Assembly: GCA_023265175.1 (NCBI GenBank)
Contig: JAHFUI010000005.1
Location: forward strand, 6,862 to 70,861
DNA length: 64,000 bases
Direction: 5' to 3'
Source: Acidobacteriota bacterium
GTDB lineage: Bacteria > Acidobacteriota > Vicinamibacteria > Vicinamibacterales > CAVVIG01
The position numbers and the translations under genes are program-made. Of this stretch, positions 51,375-62,338 are shown one piece after another (the stretch's first letter is position 1; each line of letters begins with the position of its first letter). Below the pieces are notes generated by a model. That model was not told where the DNA came from. It ran no database searches and saw only the letters and a program-made list of their open reading frames with translations.

Positions 51375-53076
51375 TGAGGCCTGCAAGGGTCAGCTCGACG
51401 TATGTCTCCCCATTGTATTGGTTCTGCTCGAGGGAGAAGGCGACGTCCAGGGCGGCCTTGTGCTCGGTGAGATAGTCGTGCTGTTCGGCGGCGCGCCAGG
51501 CGACCGCGCGGAAGATGCGGCCCTCCTGCTTGAGGGCCATCTTGAGGTGCCGTTCCTTCAGCTTTCGCGGGCCATCGACGATCTCCACGCGCCGCGCCGC
51601 GAACACCGGGCGCGGATTGCCAGCCCCAAACGGCGCCAACGATGCGACCCCCGCGGCGACGCCACCGGTGATGCTCCGAAACATGAGGTCGCCGTCGACG
51701 CGCAGCCGCGGCATGAGGTCGTCCGGGCCAAGTGTTTCGTCCGCCACGTCGTTGACGGCCGCGCGTAGCTCATTGATTCGCCCGGCGTCCAGCGTGATCC
51801 CCGCCGCCTGCCGGTGGCCACCGAACCGGGTGAGCAGATGCGCCGAGCGCTCGAGCGCCGCCAGCATGTCGAAGCGGTGGATGCTGCGGCACGACCCATG
51901 CGCGACGCCGTCTTCGATCGACAAGACGATCGCCGGCCGGTGGAACGCGTCCACCAGCTTCGACGCGACGATGCCGACGACCCCGCGATGCCACCCTTCG
52001 CCGGCAACCACGAGAACGGACCGCGCGCCGATGTCCGGATCGGTCGTCACGATCTTCTTCGCGGCCGCGAGCGCCGCCGCTTCCTCTTCCTGCCGGCGCA
52101 CGTTCTCGCCGTCGAGTTGCAGCGCGAGGGCCCGCACCTGGTCGCCCATGGCTTCATCGCTCGCCAGCAACAAGCGCGTGGCGATGTCCGGCGTGCTCAT
52201 GCGGCCGGCGGCGTTGACTCGCGGGGCGAGCATGAACGAGATGTGGTAACTGTCGATGGTCTTCCCGCTCAGCCCTGAGATGTCGAGCAGCGCGCGCAGG
52301 CCGATTTTATGAGGGCCTCGCGACAGCAGGTCCAGTCCCAGCTTCGCGATCACGCGGTTCTCGCCGACGAGCGGCACGACGTCGGCGAGCGTGCCGATGG
52401 CGGCGATCTTGATGAAACCGGGCAGCCAGCTCTCGCGCCCCGCCGCGTGGCAGAGCGCCTGGACCAATTTCAGCGCGACACCCACGCCCGCGAGGTACTT
52501 GTCGGGATACGCGCAGTCCGTGCGCTTGGGATTGATGACGGCGAGCGCGGCGGGCAGCTCCGCGTCGGGCTCGTGGTGGTCGGTGATGATCAGATCCACT
52601 CCGAGCCCACGCGCGCGTCGCGCCGCCTCGGCGCCGCGAATGCCGCAGTCCACCGACACGATCAGCGCCACGCCGGCCGCGTGCAGCCGCTCGATCGCCA
52701 CCGGCTGCAGCCCGTAGCCGTCGCGCAACCGCTCGGGAATGAAGTGCACGACGTCGGCGCCGAGCAATTCCAGCGCGCGGCGGAGGATGACGGTCGACGT
52801 GACGCCGTCCACATCGTAGTCGCCGTGGATGGCAATCCGCTCGCGCCGCGCGATGGCGCCGAAGATCCGATCGACCGCGATCCGCATGTCGGCGAGCAAC
52901 ATCGGATCGTGCAGATGATCGAGCGACGGATTCAGGAAACGGTTCGCGAGCTCAGGATCGCCGAGCCCGCGCTGGCAGAGCAGCCGCGCGACAACCGGTT
53001 CCAATCCGAGCGCCAAGGCAAGCGTCGCCGAGGCGGCTTCGTCGCACGATTGGTGGTCCCAGCGGGGAGGGATCAC
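51349..53076 (-). CDS. recJ: Single-stranded-DNA-specific exonuclease RecJ
   Basis: DHH family motifs IAIHGDYDVDGVTS, VSVDCG and ITDHHEP, with DHHA1 GGHRQAAG. Confidence 0.9.
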   Translation of the reverse strand: MIPPRWDHQSCDEAASATLALALGLEPVVARLLCQRGLGDPELANRFLNPSLDHLHDPMLLADMRIAVDRIFGAIARRERIAIHGDYDVDGVTSTVILRRALELLGADVVHFIPERLRDGYGLQPVAIERLHAAGVALIVSVDCGIRGAEAARRARGLGVDLIITDHHEPDAELPAALAVINPKRTDCAYPDKYLAGVGVALKLVQALCHAAGRESWLPGFIKIAAIGTLADVVPLVGENRVIAKLGLDLLSRGPHKIGLRALLDISGLSGKTIDSYHISFMLAPRVNAAGRMSTPDIATRLLLASDEAMGDQVRALALQLDGENVRRQEEEAAALAAAKKIVTTDPDIGARSVLVVAGEGWHRGVVGIVASKLVDAFHRPAIVLSIEDGVAHGSCRSIHRFDMLAALERSAHLLTRFGGHRQAAGITLDAGRINELRAAVNDVADETLGPDDLMPRLRVDGDLMFRSITGGVAAGVASLAPFGAGNPRPVFAARRVEIVDGPRKLKERHLKMALKQEGRIFRAVAWRAAEQHDYLTEHKAALDVAFSLEQNQYNGETYVELTLAGLKRSEEVRK

Positions 53077-53121
53077 GCAGTCCTCAGCCGATGGCGCGCA
53101 CGTTGCTTCAGCAACACTGAA

Positions 53122-53150
53122 TCACCACAAAGGACACCAAGGACACAAAG
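53122..53150. repeat. Family A hairpin, left arm, separated from its right arm by the GxxExxY gene
   Basis: TCACCACAAAGGACACCAAGGACACAAAG is the near-perfect reverse complement of 53563-53591. Confidence 0.85.
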
Positions 53151-53161
53151 CTTAAGCCCGT

Positions 53162-53551
53162 ATGCGTCCGAACGAAACCAGCCACGCCGTAATCGCTGCT
53201 GCGATGAACGTACACACCGCGATCGGGGCAGGCGCCCTTGAAAGCACGTATGACGCCTGCATGTTCTACGAGCTCAATGCCGCCGGATTGCATGTTGAAC
53301 ACCAGGTCCGTCTACCGCTCGTCTACAAGCAGATTCAACTACCGGTCGCCTATCGGGTCGACTTCATTGTCGAAAACTGCCTCATCGTCGAGATCAAGTG
53401 TGTGGAGAAACTGCTATCTGTCCATCTCGCCCAAGTGCTGTCGTACCTAAGACTGAGCGACCTTCGGCTCGGGCTGCTGATCAACTTCAACGTGCCGCAT
53501 CTGCGCCAAGGAATCCGCCGCGTGATCAACGGTCCAGAGTCCGAGCTGTAG
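53162..53551 (+). CDS. GxxExxY protein (PD-(D/E)xK nuclease superfamily, PDDEXK_3-like)
   Basis: 129 aa. GALESTY matches GxxExxY and DFIVENCLIVEIK carries the D...ExK motif. The gene has lower GC than its surroundings and is the only plus-strand gene in a 19-kb minus-strand array. Confidence 0.85.
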   Translation: MRPNETSHAVIAAAMNVHTAIGAGALESTYDACMFYELNAAGLHVEHQVRLPLVYKQIQLPVAYRVDFIVENCLIVEIKCVEKLLSVHLAQVLSYLRLSDLRLGLLINFNVPHLRQGIRRVINGPESEL

Positions 53552-53562
53552 AAGGTATAGCC

Positions 53563-53591
53563 CTTTGTGTCCCTGGTGTCCTTTGTGGTGG
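53563..53591. repeat. Family A hairpin, right arm
   Basis: CTTTGTGTCCCTGGTGTCCTTTGTGGTGG. A further degenerate piece, GAACCACCGAAGACACGAAGG, follows at 53601-53621. Confidence 0.85.
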
Positions 53592-53655
53592 CTCAGCGAT
53601 GAACCACCGAAGACACGAAGGCGGTCGGCGTCTTCTGCTTCCCCTGCGTCCTCCG

Positions 53656-54624
53656 CTACTCGGCGTCAACGAAATCGATTCCGATCTTCCCCATCCCCCG
53701 AAACTTCTCGTACCGAAGCCGCAGCCGGGTCTCGCGGTCGAGGCTGGTGACCTCTCCCAGCACGCGCTCCAGCACATCGTCCATGAGGCGCGCGGCGGCG
53801 GCGGGATCGGTGTGCGCCCCGCCGACCGGTTCGGGCACGATCTCGTCGATGATGCCGGCCTTGAGCAGATCGGGCGCGGTGAGCTTCAGCGCCTCGGCCG
53901 CGTCGATCTTCTTGGACGCGTCCCGCCACAAGATGGCCGCGCACCCTTCGGGCGGGATGACGCTGTAGATCGCGAACTCCTGCATCAGCACGCGATCGCC
54001 GACGGCGATGCCGAGCGCGCCGCCGCTGCCGCCTTCGCCGCTGACGAGCACCACAATCGACGTGTCGAGCACCATCATCTCGCGCAGGTTGACCGCGATC
54101 GCCTCGGCCACGCCGCGCTCTTCGGACTCGATCCCGGGGTACGCGGCCGGTGTGTCGACGAAGATGATGATCGGCCGGCCGAATTTCTCGGCCAGGCGCA
54201 TCGCGCGCAAGGCCTTCCGGTACCCCTCCGGTCGCGCGTAACCGAAGTTCCGGTAGATCTTCTCCTTCGTGTCGCCGCCCTTGACGTGGCCGACGAGCAG
54301 GACCGGCTGCCCCTTGTACTCGGCAAAGCCGGTCATGATCGCGTGATCGTCGGCAAACCGGCGGTCACCGTGGATCTCGACGAACCCGGTGAACAACAGC
54401 TTGACGAAGTCCTCGAGAGACGGTCTGGCGGGATGGCGGGCGACGAGCACACGTTGCCACGGCGTCAGCGAAGCATAGAGCGCGGCGCGCACCGTCTGGA
54501 TCCTGCGTTGGAGCGCCTCGATCTGCCGGTCGCGCGCATCGGTCGGCGGCAGCTGATTGAGGGCGTCGATCTCCCTCAGGACCGCCGCGATCGGTTCCTC
54601 GAATTCCAGCGTTTCCGGCGCCAT
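53656..54624 (-). CDS. accA: Acetyl-CoA carboxylase carboxyltransferase subunit alpha
   Basis: LTPWQRVLVARHPARPS...FVDTPAAYPGIESEERGVAEAIA...SGEGGSGGAL, canonical for AccA. Confidence 0.95.
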   Translation of the reverse strand: MAPETLEFEEPIAAVLREIDALNQLPPTDARDRQIEALQRRIQTVRAALYASLTPWQRVLVARHPARPSLEDFVKLLFTGFVEIHGDRRFADDHAIMTGFAEYKGQPVLLVGHVKGGDTKEKIYRNFGYARPEGYRKALRAMRLAEKFGRPIIIFVDTPAAYPGIESEERGVAEAIAVNLREMMVLDTSIVVLVSGEGGSGGALGIAVGDRVLMQEFAIYSVIPPEGCAAILWRDASKKIDAAEALKLTAPDLLKAGIIDEIVPEPVGGAHTDPAAAARLMDDVLERVLGEVTSLDRETRLRLRYEKFRGMGKIGIDFVDAE

Positions 54625-54644
54625 AGGTTCTTCAATGGCTCCTG

Positions 54645-54707
54645 ATCACGAAGGCACGAAGGTACACGAAAAAGAAATGCTTCTTCGTGCTTTCGTGTTT
54701 TCGTGGC
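54645..54707. repeat. Family A variant hairpin (CACGAAGG units)
   Basis: ATCACGAAGGCACGAAGGTACACGAAAAAG-AAATG-CTTCTTCGTGCTTTCGTGTTTTCGTGGC, located between the accA start and the dnaE stop. Confidence 0.85.
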
Positions 54708-54729
54708 AGGCAAGCGCGGCTGGTCGACC

Positions 54730-57700
54730 TCATCGCAGCGATACGGCCCCCTGGCCGACAATCTGCTCGACCTCCGCGATCAACGTCGACGACGGCCGCA
54801 CGCGGATGTGCGCCGGCAGGTCCGCCTTCACGCGCAGCGGCTTGGGTGTCGACCCCAGCTCGATCTCCAACGACACGCGGCGATCGCCGCGATGCCTGGA
54901 GAAGACCTCACCCAGTGCCTCGAAGACACGGCGACCGGCGGGCATTCTGACCCGAATCGCCACTTCCCGGGCGAGGCGTTCGCGTACGCTGTCTATGCCG
55001 GCGATCTCCGACGCCAGTATCCGCGCCGACTCATCGTCGCGTTCGAGTTTCCCGCGCACGAGCACCATCGTGCCGGTTTCGAGCAGGGCGACGCTGCGCT
55101 GATACGTCTCGGGAAACGCAATCACTTCGACGCCGCCTTGTGAATCCTCCAGCGTGAACACCGCCATGCGATCGCCTTTGCGCGTCTTCAACTGGCGGCA
55201 GGCGGCGACGATGCCGCCGATGCTGGTGTCGGGTTCGATCGGTTTCGGGCCGCCAGCCCCCCACGCGTCGGTGCGCGAGCCGTTGACTGGCACATCGGCG
55301 AGCTCGCCGGTCGACCGCGCACCGAGCGCCTTGAGCTCGGCCGTGTATCGGTCCACGGGATGGCCGCTCCAGTACAACCCCAGCGTTTCTTTCTCGAAGG
55401 CGAGCTGTTCGGTCTCGGTCCACGGCTTAACGTCCGGTAGCGGCACGCTCTTAAGACCGCGCCTCACGGAGGCAGGGTCGGCGTCCTCAGCCGCGTTGTC
55501 GGCATCGCCAAAAGCACTGAACAGCTGCGCCTGCCCTTCGTTCTTGTCCCGTTGATGGCGCGCGCCGTGCTCGCAGGCCGCGTCGATCGCCGCAAAGAGT
55601 CTGGCGCGCAGCGCTGCCCCGGACAACGCTGGCGAGGACGGTCTTGAGCCCGTCCCGTTTCCTGCGTCAGCTGTCGCACCGAGCGAATCGAACGCGCCGG
55701 CCTTCGTCAGGCTTTCGAACACCCGCTTGTTGACGAGGCGGAGATCCACATCCTCGCACAGGGCGTGCAGCGACGCGATCCGTCCCTGCTTTTTGCGTAC
55801 CTCGATGAGCGATTCGACGGCGCCTTCCCCGACGTTCTTGATGGCGGTCAACCCGAACCGCACGCCTTTTCCCGATTCCACCGTGAAGCGGAGCTCGCTT
55901 TCATTGATGTCGGCCGCCAGCAGCGGGATGCCGCGCTCCCGGCACTCGCCGAGGTACAGGGCGAGCTTGTCCGTGTTCTGCGCCTCGATGGTCAGCAGCG
56001 CCGCGGCAAAGTGCCAGGGGTAGTTCGCCTTCAGATAGGCGGTCTGGTACGCCAGGAGCGCGTACGTGGTGGAGTGCGCCTTCGGAAACCCGTAGCCGGC
56101 GAAATGCTCCATCAGCTCGAAGATGCGCGCCGCCTTCTTCTCGTTGACGCCGCGCTTCCTCGCGCCCTCGAGAAACTTGCCGCGCTGGGCCTGCATGGCC
56201 TCGACTTTCTTCTTCCCCATCGCATAACGGAGGCTGTCGGCTTCGCCCAGCGTGAACCCCGCAATCACGTTCGAGATGCGCATCACCTGTTCCTGATAGG
56301 CGATCACGCCGTAGGTCTCGGCCAGGATCGGCTCGAGCTCGGGCAGCTCGTACTTGACGTCGGTCTTCCCCTGCTTGCGCGCGACGAAGTCGTCCACCAT
56401 GCCGCTGCGGAGTGGGCCGGGGCGGTACAGCGCGTTCAACGCGATCAGGTCGTCGAGCCGCTGCGGCTTGGCCTTGCGCAGGATGTCGCGCATGCCGCTC
56501 GACTCGAACTGGAAGATGCCGTAGGTCTGGGCCTCCTGGAAGATCTGATACGTCTTCGGATCGTCGAGCGGCACGTGATCGATGTCGAGCCGTTCGCCCG
56601 TCGTCCGCTCGATCTCCTTGACCGCATCGTCGATGAGCGTCAGCGTGCTCAGCCCCAGGAAATCCATTTTCAGGAGGCCGACGCGATCGATCTCCTTCAT
56701 CGACCACTGGGTGACGATCTCGTCGTGCGCGCCTTTGTAGAGTGGCGCGTACTCCGTGATGGCCCTCGGCGCGATGACGACGCCCGCGGCGTGCACCGAG
56801 GCGTGGCGGGTCATCCCTTCAAGACGGCGCGCGACGCTCAAGAGCTCCCTGACCTTCGGGTCGTTCTGCTCCATCTGGCGCAGCGGCTCGCTCTCCTCGA
56901 GTGCCTTGTCGAGCGTCATGTCGAGCGCGGGAGGAATCAGTTTCGCGACCTTGTCGACATCGGCGTAGGGCATCTCGAGCACACGGCCGACGTCTCGCAC
57001 GACGGCCTTCGCCTTCATCGTCCCGAACGTGATGATCTGGGCCACTTTGTCGCGGCCGTACTTCGCCGTGACGTACTCGATGACTTCGCCGCGACGCCGC
57101 TCGCAGAAATCGATGTCGATGTCCGGCAGTGACACGCGCTCGGGGTTCAGGAAGCGTTCGAAGATGAGATTGAAGTCCAGCGGATCGACGTCGGTGATGC
57201 GCAGACAATAGGCGACCAGACTGCCGGCGGCCGAACCGCGACCCGGGCCGACGGGAATCGCCCGCTCCCGCGCGTAGCGGATGAAGTCCCACACGATCAA
57301 GAAGTACCCTGGGTACTTCATCTGCTTGATCATGTCGATCTCGTACGAGAGCCGGCGCTCGTACTCGTCGATCGTGTGGCGCAGCGCGCCCGATGCCGCC
57401 AGTTGTTGCAGCCGCGTCAGACGCTCCTTGAATCCTTCCCGGACCCTATGCTCGAAGTAGTCGTCGAGGGTGAAGCCCGCCGGCACGTCGAAATTCGGCA
57501 GGTAGTTCTCGCCCTGCGGGAGCACGACGTTGCAGCGTTCGGCGATCCGCACCGTATTGGCGAGCGCGTCAGGGAAGTCCTTGAAGACCTCCGCCATCTC
57601 CTCGGCGGTCTTCAGGAAGAACTGTTTCGCGTCGTAGCGCAGGCGTTTGGGATCGCTGAACGCCTTCCCCGTGCCGATGCATAACAGCACGTCGTGAGGG

Positions 57701-58347
57701 TGCGCGTCGGCCTCACGCAGGTAATGCACGTCGTTCGTGCAAATCAGCGGCAGGCCAAGGTCGCGCGCGATCGCCGGCAGCCCGTTGTTGACGACCCGCT
57801 GATCCTCGATGCCGTGCCATTGCATCTCGAGGAAGAAGTTGCCCGGTCCCAGGATGTCGCGATACGCCGCCGCCGCTTCGATCGCTCTGTTGCGCTGCTG
57901 ATGCGAGAGGCCTTCGGCCACTTCGCCTTTCAGGCAACTGCTCGATCCGATCAGCCCCTTCGAATACTGCGCGAGCAATTCCTTGTCGATGCGCGGCTTG
58001 TAGTAGAAGCCCTCGGTGTAACCGGCCGAGACCAGCTTGATCAGGTTGTGGTATCCCTCGTTGGTTTCCGCCAGGAGCACCAGATGGTTCGCCGTCTCAC
58101 CGGGATTCCCGTTCTTGGCATGCCGGCTGCCGGGCGCCACGTACACTTCGCAGCCGAGAATCGGTTTCACACCACGCTGCCGCGCGTGGTCGTGAAAGAT
58201 CACCGACGAGAACAGGTTCCCGTGCTCGGTCACGGCGATGGCCGGCATCTTCAACTTCGCCGCATGGTCGAGCAGCTCATCAATCCGGCACGCCCCGTCG
58301 AGGAGCGAATATTCGGTGTGTAGGTGCAGGTGGACGAATTCAGACAT
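54730..58347 (-). CDS. dnaE: DNA polymerase III subunit alpha
   Basis: 1205 aa. MSEFVHLHLHTEYSLLDGA is the PHP domain, followed by the polymerase core, an OB fold and a C-terminal tail. Confidence 0.95.
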   Translation of the reverse strand: MSEFVHLHLHTEYSLLDGACRIDELLDHAAKLKMPAIAVTEHGNLFSSVIFHDHARQRGVKPILGCEVYVAPGSRHAKNGNPGETANHLVLLAETNEGYHNLIKLVSAGYTEGFYYKPRIDKELLAQYSKGLIGSSSCLKGEVAEGLSHQQRNRAIEAAAAYRDILGPGNFFLEMQWHGIEDQRVVNNGLPAIARDLGLPLICTNDVHYLREADAHPHDVLLCIGTGKAFSDPKRLRYDAKQFFLKTAEEMAEVFKDFPDALANTVRIAERCNVVLPQGENYLPNFDVPAGFTLDDYFEHRVREGFKERLTRLQQLAASGALRHTIDEYERRLSYEIDMIKQMKYPGYFLIVWDFIRYARERAIPVGPGRGSAAGSLVAYCLRITDVDPLDFNLIFERFLNPERVSLPDIDIDFCERRRGEVIEYVTAKYGRDKVAQIITFGTMKAKAVVRDVGRVLEMPYADVDKVAKLIPPALDMTLDKALEESEPLRQMEQNDPKVRELLSVARRLEGMTRHASVHAAGVVIAPRAITEYAPLYKGAHDEIVTQWSMKEIDRVGLLKMDFLGLSTLTLIDDAVKEIERTTGERLDIDHVPLDDPKTYQIFQEAQTYGIFQFESSGMRDILRKAKPQRLDDLIALNALYRPGPLRSGMVDDFVARKQGKTDVKYELPELEPILAETYGVIAYQEQVMRISNVIAGFTLGEADSLRYAMGKKKVEAMQAQRGKFLEGARKRGVNEKKAARIFELMEHFAGYGFPKAHSTTYALLAYQTAYLKANYPWHFAAALLTIEAQNTDKLALYLGECRERGIPLLAADINESELRFTVESGKGVRFGLTAIKNVGEGAVESLIEVRKKQGRIASLHALCEDVDLRLVNKRVFESLTKAGAFDSLGATADAGNGTGSRPSSPALSGAALRARLFAAIDAACEHGARHQRDKNEGQAQLFSAFGDADNAAEDADPASVRRGLKSVPLPDVKPWTETEQLAFEKETLGLYWSGHPVDRYTAELKALGARSTGELADVPVNGSRTDAWGAGGPKPIEPDTSIGGIVAACRQLKTRKGDRMAVFTLEDSQGGVEVIAFPETYQRSVALLETGTMVLVRGKLERDDESARILASEIAGIDSVRERLAREVAIRVRMPAGRRVFEALGEVFSRHRGDRRVSLEIELGSTPKPLRVKADLPAHIRVRPSSTLIAEVEQIVGQGAVSLR

Positions 58348-58358
58348 GGACCACCACT

Positions 58359-58470
58359 GGAAAGTGAGGAAGTCAGGAAGTGAGGAAGTAAGGAAGTACT
58401 GCTCGGACTGCCAACAGGCGCGTCAGGTCCTCACTTCCTAACTTCCTCACTTCCTCACTTCCTAACATCT
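58359..58470. repeat. Family C octamer hairpin (GTGAGGAA units, loop, TTCCTCAC units)
   Basis: Left arm 58359-58398, loop 58399-58427, right arm 58428-58470. It lies between the dnaE start and the guaA stop. Confidence 0.9.
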
Positions 58471-58482
58471 TCATGTTCACTG

Positions 58483-60027
<1,545 letters not shown>

Positions 60028-60060
60028 TGAAGCGAGAAGAATTAAGACTATTATAGCGGG

Positions 60061-61263
60061 GTGGAGTCGCGCTGGACCACAAGATGTTGTAGTGCACTTG
60101 CCCTCATGGTCGCGTGCTCCCTCATGATTGTCGGGCTGCGCGCGCAGTCTCCGGCGGGTCGTCCGCCCAAGCAATCGTCCTCCACAAAAATCTCGCCACT
60201 GTCACCGTTCCCGGGTGAAACGCGGTGGACGCTCGCGCTCAACAACGCGCTGGTCGCTCCGCCCGCCTACGAGGTGTCGACCGGATACTTTCCGATAGCC
60301 GACGACCGGATCGCGGCGTACGACGTGGCGACCGGCACGCTGCTCTGGATCGTGTCCGCGCGGCCGCGGTCGGCGCCGATCGCTGGCGATGGTTTGTTGT
60401 TCATCGAGCAGAACGACGGGATCGCGGCGTTGAGGGCGAGCGATGGATCGGTCGCATGGCGGGGTGCGCTGTCCGAGAAGCTCGCCGTGCCCTTGGCTTG
60501 GAACAGCGGCCGGCTTCTCGCCGCGACCGCGACTGCCGCCCTGGCATTCCGCGCGTCCGACGGCTCCCTACTGTGGCGCCACGACCTCGGCGCGACGACG
60601 CACGCGTCCCCGGCGCTCGCCGGCGATCGCGTGTTCATCCCGACCGAGGATGGCCGCGTCATTGCGTTGCGGGCCGACACTGGCGAGATGCTGTGGGAGC
60701 ATCGGCTCGGCGCAGCGGCCAACGAGATCCTGGCGGCCGACGAGTGGTTGTTCGTCGGCTCGAACGACAATTATTTGTACTGTCTGAATGCGCAGGACGG
60801 AGAGAAACGGTGGCGCGCGCGAACGGGGGCCGATGTCGTGAGCAGGCCGATCGTGGACGGGCACCGCGTGTACTTCCTCTCGCTCGACAACGTCTTGCGG
60901 GCGCTGAACCGCAGCAACGGCGTCCTGCAGTGGAAAAAACCGCTGACGTTCCGCCCGGCGTGGGGTCCCGTCAAAGCGTTCGACGCCGTGATCGTGACCA
61001 GCATTCAGGGACCGCTGCGCGCGTTTTTTCTGAAGGACGGCACGCCCGCCGGTGAAATGCCCACGGGCGCCGACGAGCTCGCGGCGCCGGTGTTCACGTT
61101 CGAGGCGGCGGAAACGCTCAGCCTCACGATGGTGAAGGTGACGCGCAATCTCGCCACTGGCGCGAAGGTCACGGCGGCGATCCGCTCGTTCGATCCGCCG
61201 ATCCTCGAGTCCGTGGCGCCACTGCCTGGCGTGGTGCCGGTCGTGGGTCCGATCGAGCGATAA
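60061..61263 (+). CDS. PQQ-like beta-propeller repeat protein (BamB-like) with signal peptide
   Basis: Repeated motifs [41 protein letters not shown] and RSNGVLQW at about 40-aa spacing. Confidence 0.75.
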   Translation: MESRWTTRCCSALALMVACSLMIVGLRAQSPAGRPPKQSSSTKISPLSPFPGETRWTLALNNALVAPPAYEVSTGYFPIADDRIAAYDVATGTLLWIVSARPRSAPIAGDGLLFIEQNDGIAALRASDGSVAWRGALSEKLAVPLAWNSGRLLAATATAALAFRASDGSLLWRHDLGATTHASPALAGDRVFIPTEDGRVIALRADTGEMLWEHRLGAAANEILAADEWLFVGSNDNYLYCLNAQDGEKRWRARTGADVVSRPIVDGHRVYFLSLDNVLRALNRSNGVLQWKKPLTFRPAWGPVKAFDAVIVTSIQGPLRAFFLKDGTPAGEMPTGADELAAPVFTFEAAETLSLTMVKVTRNLATGAKVTAAIRSFDPPILESVAPLPGVVPVVGPIER

Positions 61264-61301
61264 ACGCGTCTCTCAGGCGGGTTTGTTCAGACGGTCGGCG
61301 C

Positions 61302-62291
61302 TCACTCGCCTGTGGTCGGCTTCGGCTGCAAGCGGCGCGACGTGGCGTGATAGAGCGACGCGTAGGCGGCGAGCGCGGTCAGCCCGATGTACTGGAACAC
61401 GAGGCCGCGCAGCAGCAGCGCGGCGATCTGGAGCGGAAACACCGCCAGACCGACGAGCGGCACGAAGGCGATGAGTCCCACACCCGACCACGCCAGCGCG
61501 GACGCGAGAGTGGCCGCCAACACGAGCGCGAAGATGACCCCGAAGATTCCGGCGACGCCGCGAAACGCTCCACAAACGAAGCGCGCAGCGCGCGCGCATC
61601 CCGCCGCGACCCCGACGTCTTCCGCGGCCACGACGATTTGCACCAGCAGGTACATCCAGTTCACCAGCGTGATCCAGATCACCAGGACGCCCGCGGCCAG
61701 CGCCGCGATGAACGTCCAGCCAATGATGAACAGGCGCCCGCCGCCGGCAGCGGCCCGGTAGCCGTAGATGACAAACATGAGATACGCGCCGCCCGATGCG
61801 CCGTAGACGACCATCAGCGCCACGCCGAGCGCGAGGTAACGCCGGAACAGCCGGCGGCAGCCGGCGATGAACCGTTCCACCGTGAATCGTGACGCGTGAC
61901 GGATCGTCGTGTCATAGGTCAGCGCGTCGTGCTCGATCGGTCCGGTCGCGAGCTCGGCCGCCAGCAGCACTTCGACGGTCCCGCCCTTGACCAGAAACAT
62001 CAGCACCGATCCGCCGAGCAGCACGAGGCTGAACGCCGTCATGAACGCCACGAGCGCGGCAGGCTCGGACAGGAGCGCGCCGGCAATCGTCGTGAACATC
62101 TCGCGCAAGCTGCCCCGCAGCAGCTCCGCGAGATCGCCGCCGACCAGCGCCGCCACGAGCACCGCGGCGCCGACGATTGGAACGGCGAGCAGCATCTGAA
62201 ATGTCGTCTGGGCGGCAAACTGAATAGCGATGGTCGGCCAGTTGGCTGCGGCGAGGAGCGCGCCGCGTTTGAGCAGGAGCTTGAGGTTCAA
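61302..62291 (-). CDS. Polytopic membrane protein of unknown function
   Basis: ORF 61302..62366 has about 7 hydrophobic segments. The start is uncertain: TTG 62291 avoids overlap with the divergent gene at 62339, while GTG 62345 and GTG 62366 are alternatives. Confidence 0.5.
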   Translation of the reverse strand: MNLKLLLKRGALLAAANWPTIAIQFAAQTTFQMLLAVPIVGAAVLVAALVGGDLAELLRGSLREMFTTIAGALLSEPAALVAFMTAFSLVLLGGSVLMFLVKGGTVEVLLAAELATGPIEHDALTYDTTIRHASRFTVERFIAGCRRLFRRYLALGVALMVVYGASGGAYLMFVIYGYRAAAGGGRLFIIGWTFIAALAAGVLVIWITLVNWMYLLVQIVVAAEDVGVAAGCARAARFVCGAFRGVAGIFGVIFALVLAATLASALAWSGVGLIAFVPLVGLAVFPLQIAALLLRGLVFQYIGLTALAAYASLYHATSRRLQPKPTTGE

Positions 62292-62338
62292 ATCTGTTTT
62301 ACTGATTGTATGCTCTCTTGAGTGCCCAGCTGGTCCTG

